Shown in pieces: positions 63,796-64,000 of a stretch of DNA of 64,000 nucleotides. The stretch's first letter is position 1; each line of letters opens with the position of its first letter. The stretch lies in IMG/VR virus record IMGVR_UViG_3300023174_000141, positions 1 to 64,000 of that record. The stretch is one strand, 5' to 3'. The translations under genes were made by a program, and so were the position numbers. The notes beneath the pieces are model-generated. The model worked only from the letters and a program-made list of their open reading frames with translations, was not told where the DNA came from and ran no database searches. This DNA is from a virus.

Positions 63796-64000
63796 CACGC
63801 CTCCTTGGTGCGCACAGCGAGGCGCGCACCCTCGGCCAGGTCGACGAGGTGGGCCACCCACTCGGCCTGCGACGTGGGCTCGTCTGCGAAGACGGCGGGC
63901 GTGCTCGCGAAAGCTACGCCGAAGCCTCTGACGTGACGCAGCGTCGGCATGCGGATGCCGTGGACGACGCGGGAGACCTCGGGCTGCGTGAGGCCACCAC
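63795..64000 (-). CDS. XRE-type HTH protein, C-terminal part (truncated by window edge)
   Basis: GLTQPEVSRVVHGIRMPTLRHV...TKEA*; TGATG overlap with the next gene. Confidence 0.65.
   Translation of the reverse strand, partial: GGLTQPEVSRVVHGIRMPTLRHVRGFGVAFASTPAVFADEPTSQAEWVAHLVDLAEGARLAVRTKEA

Larger units (their letters stand above)
1..64000. mobile_element. Tailed dsDNA phage genome segment, probably podovirus morphotype
   Basis: TerL, portal, scaffold, capsid, adaptor/nozzle, giant ejection proteins, lysin and PolA are present. No tape measure, tail tube or sheath gene was recognised, and no host genes. Confidence 0.95.

Noticed and set aside
1-64000. tRNA, rRNA, integrase or att sites
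   Set aside because: None recognised by eye. Lifestyle (temperate or lytic) cannot be determined from this window.

Overview
The whole window is part of a high-GC tailed-phage (Caudoviricetes) genome. No host housekeeping genes, rRNA, tRNA, CRISPR array or integrase were seen. (1) 1-12.0 kb, + strand, replication block: the C-terminal part of a family-A DNA polymerase, a chain of small overlapping ORFs, DUF3310, a Rad50/SbcC-like ATPase, HTH proteins, a DUF927 helicase and a TerS-like protein. (2) 12.0-19.7 kb, - strand, 'early-like' block: small ORFs, a stand-alone WYL-like protein, DUF932 and a Cys-rich Gp88-like protein, plus a GATC/palindrome-dense non-coding locus (17.6-18.1 kb). A very GC-rich, C-skewed non-coding stretch follows (19.7-20.2 kb). 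(3) 20.2-30.4 kb: an RNA polymerase alpha-CTD-like protein, a lytic transglycosylase, and a - strand packaging operon (terL, portal, scaffold). (4) 30.7-60.8 kb, + strand: capsid, adaptor, nozzle, ejection proteins including a 2950-aa polyvalent protein, fibre proteins and a GH46-like lysin. This architecture suggests a podovirus. (5) 60.8-64 kb, - strand: fibre and HTH genes. The most unusual signals are a 30-bp gene-junction repeat ending three consecutive, otherwise dissimilar ORFs; a candidate promoter/operator network with a 13-bp palindrome; an apparently restriction-site-depleted early region next to an origin-like palindrome locus; an alpha-CTD-like protein; and an injected ART plus zincin giant protein. 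All family assignments come from motif recognition by eye, not database searches.
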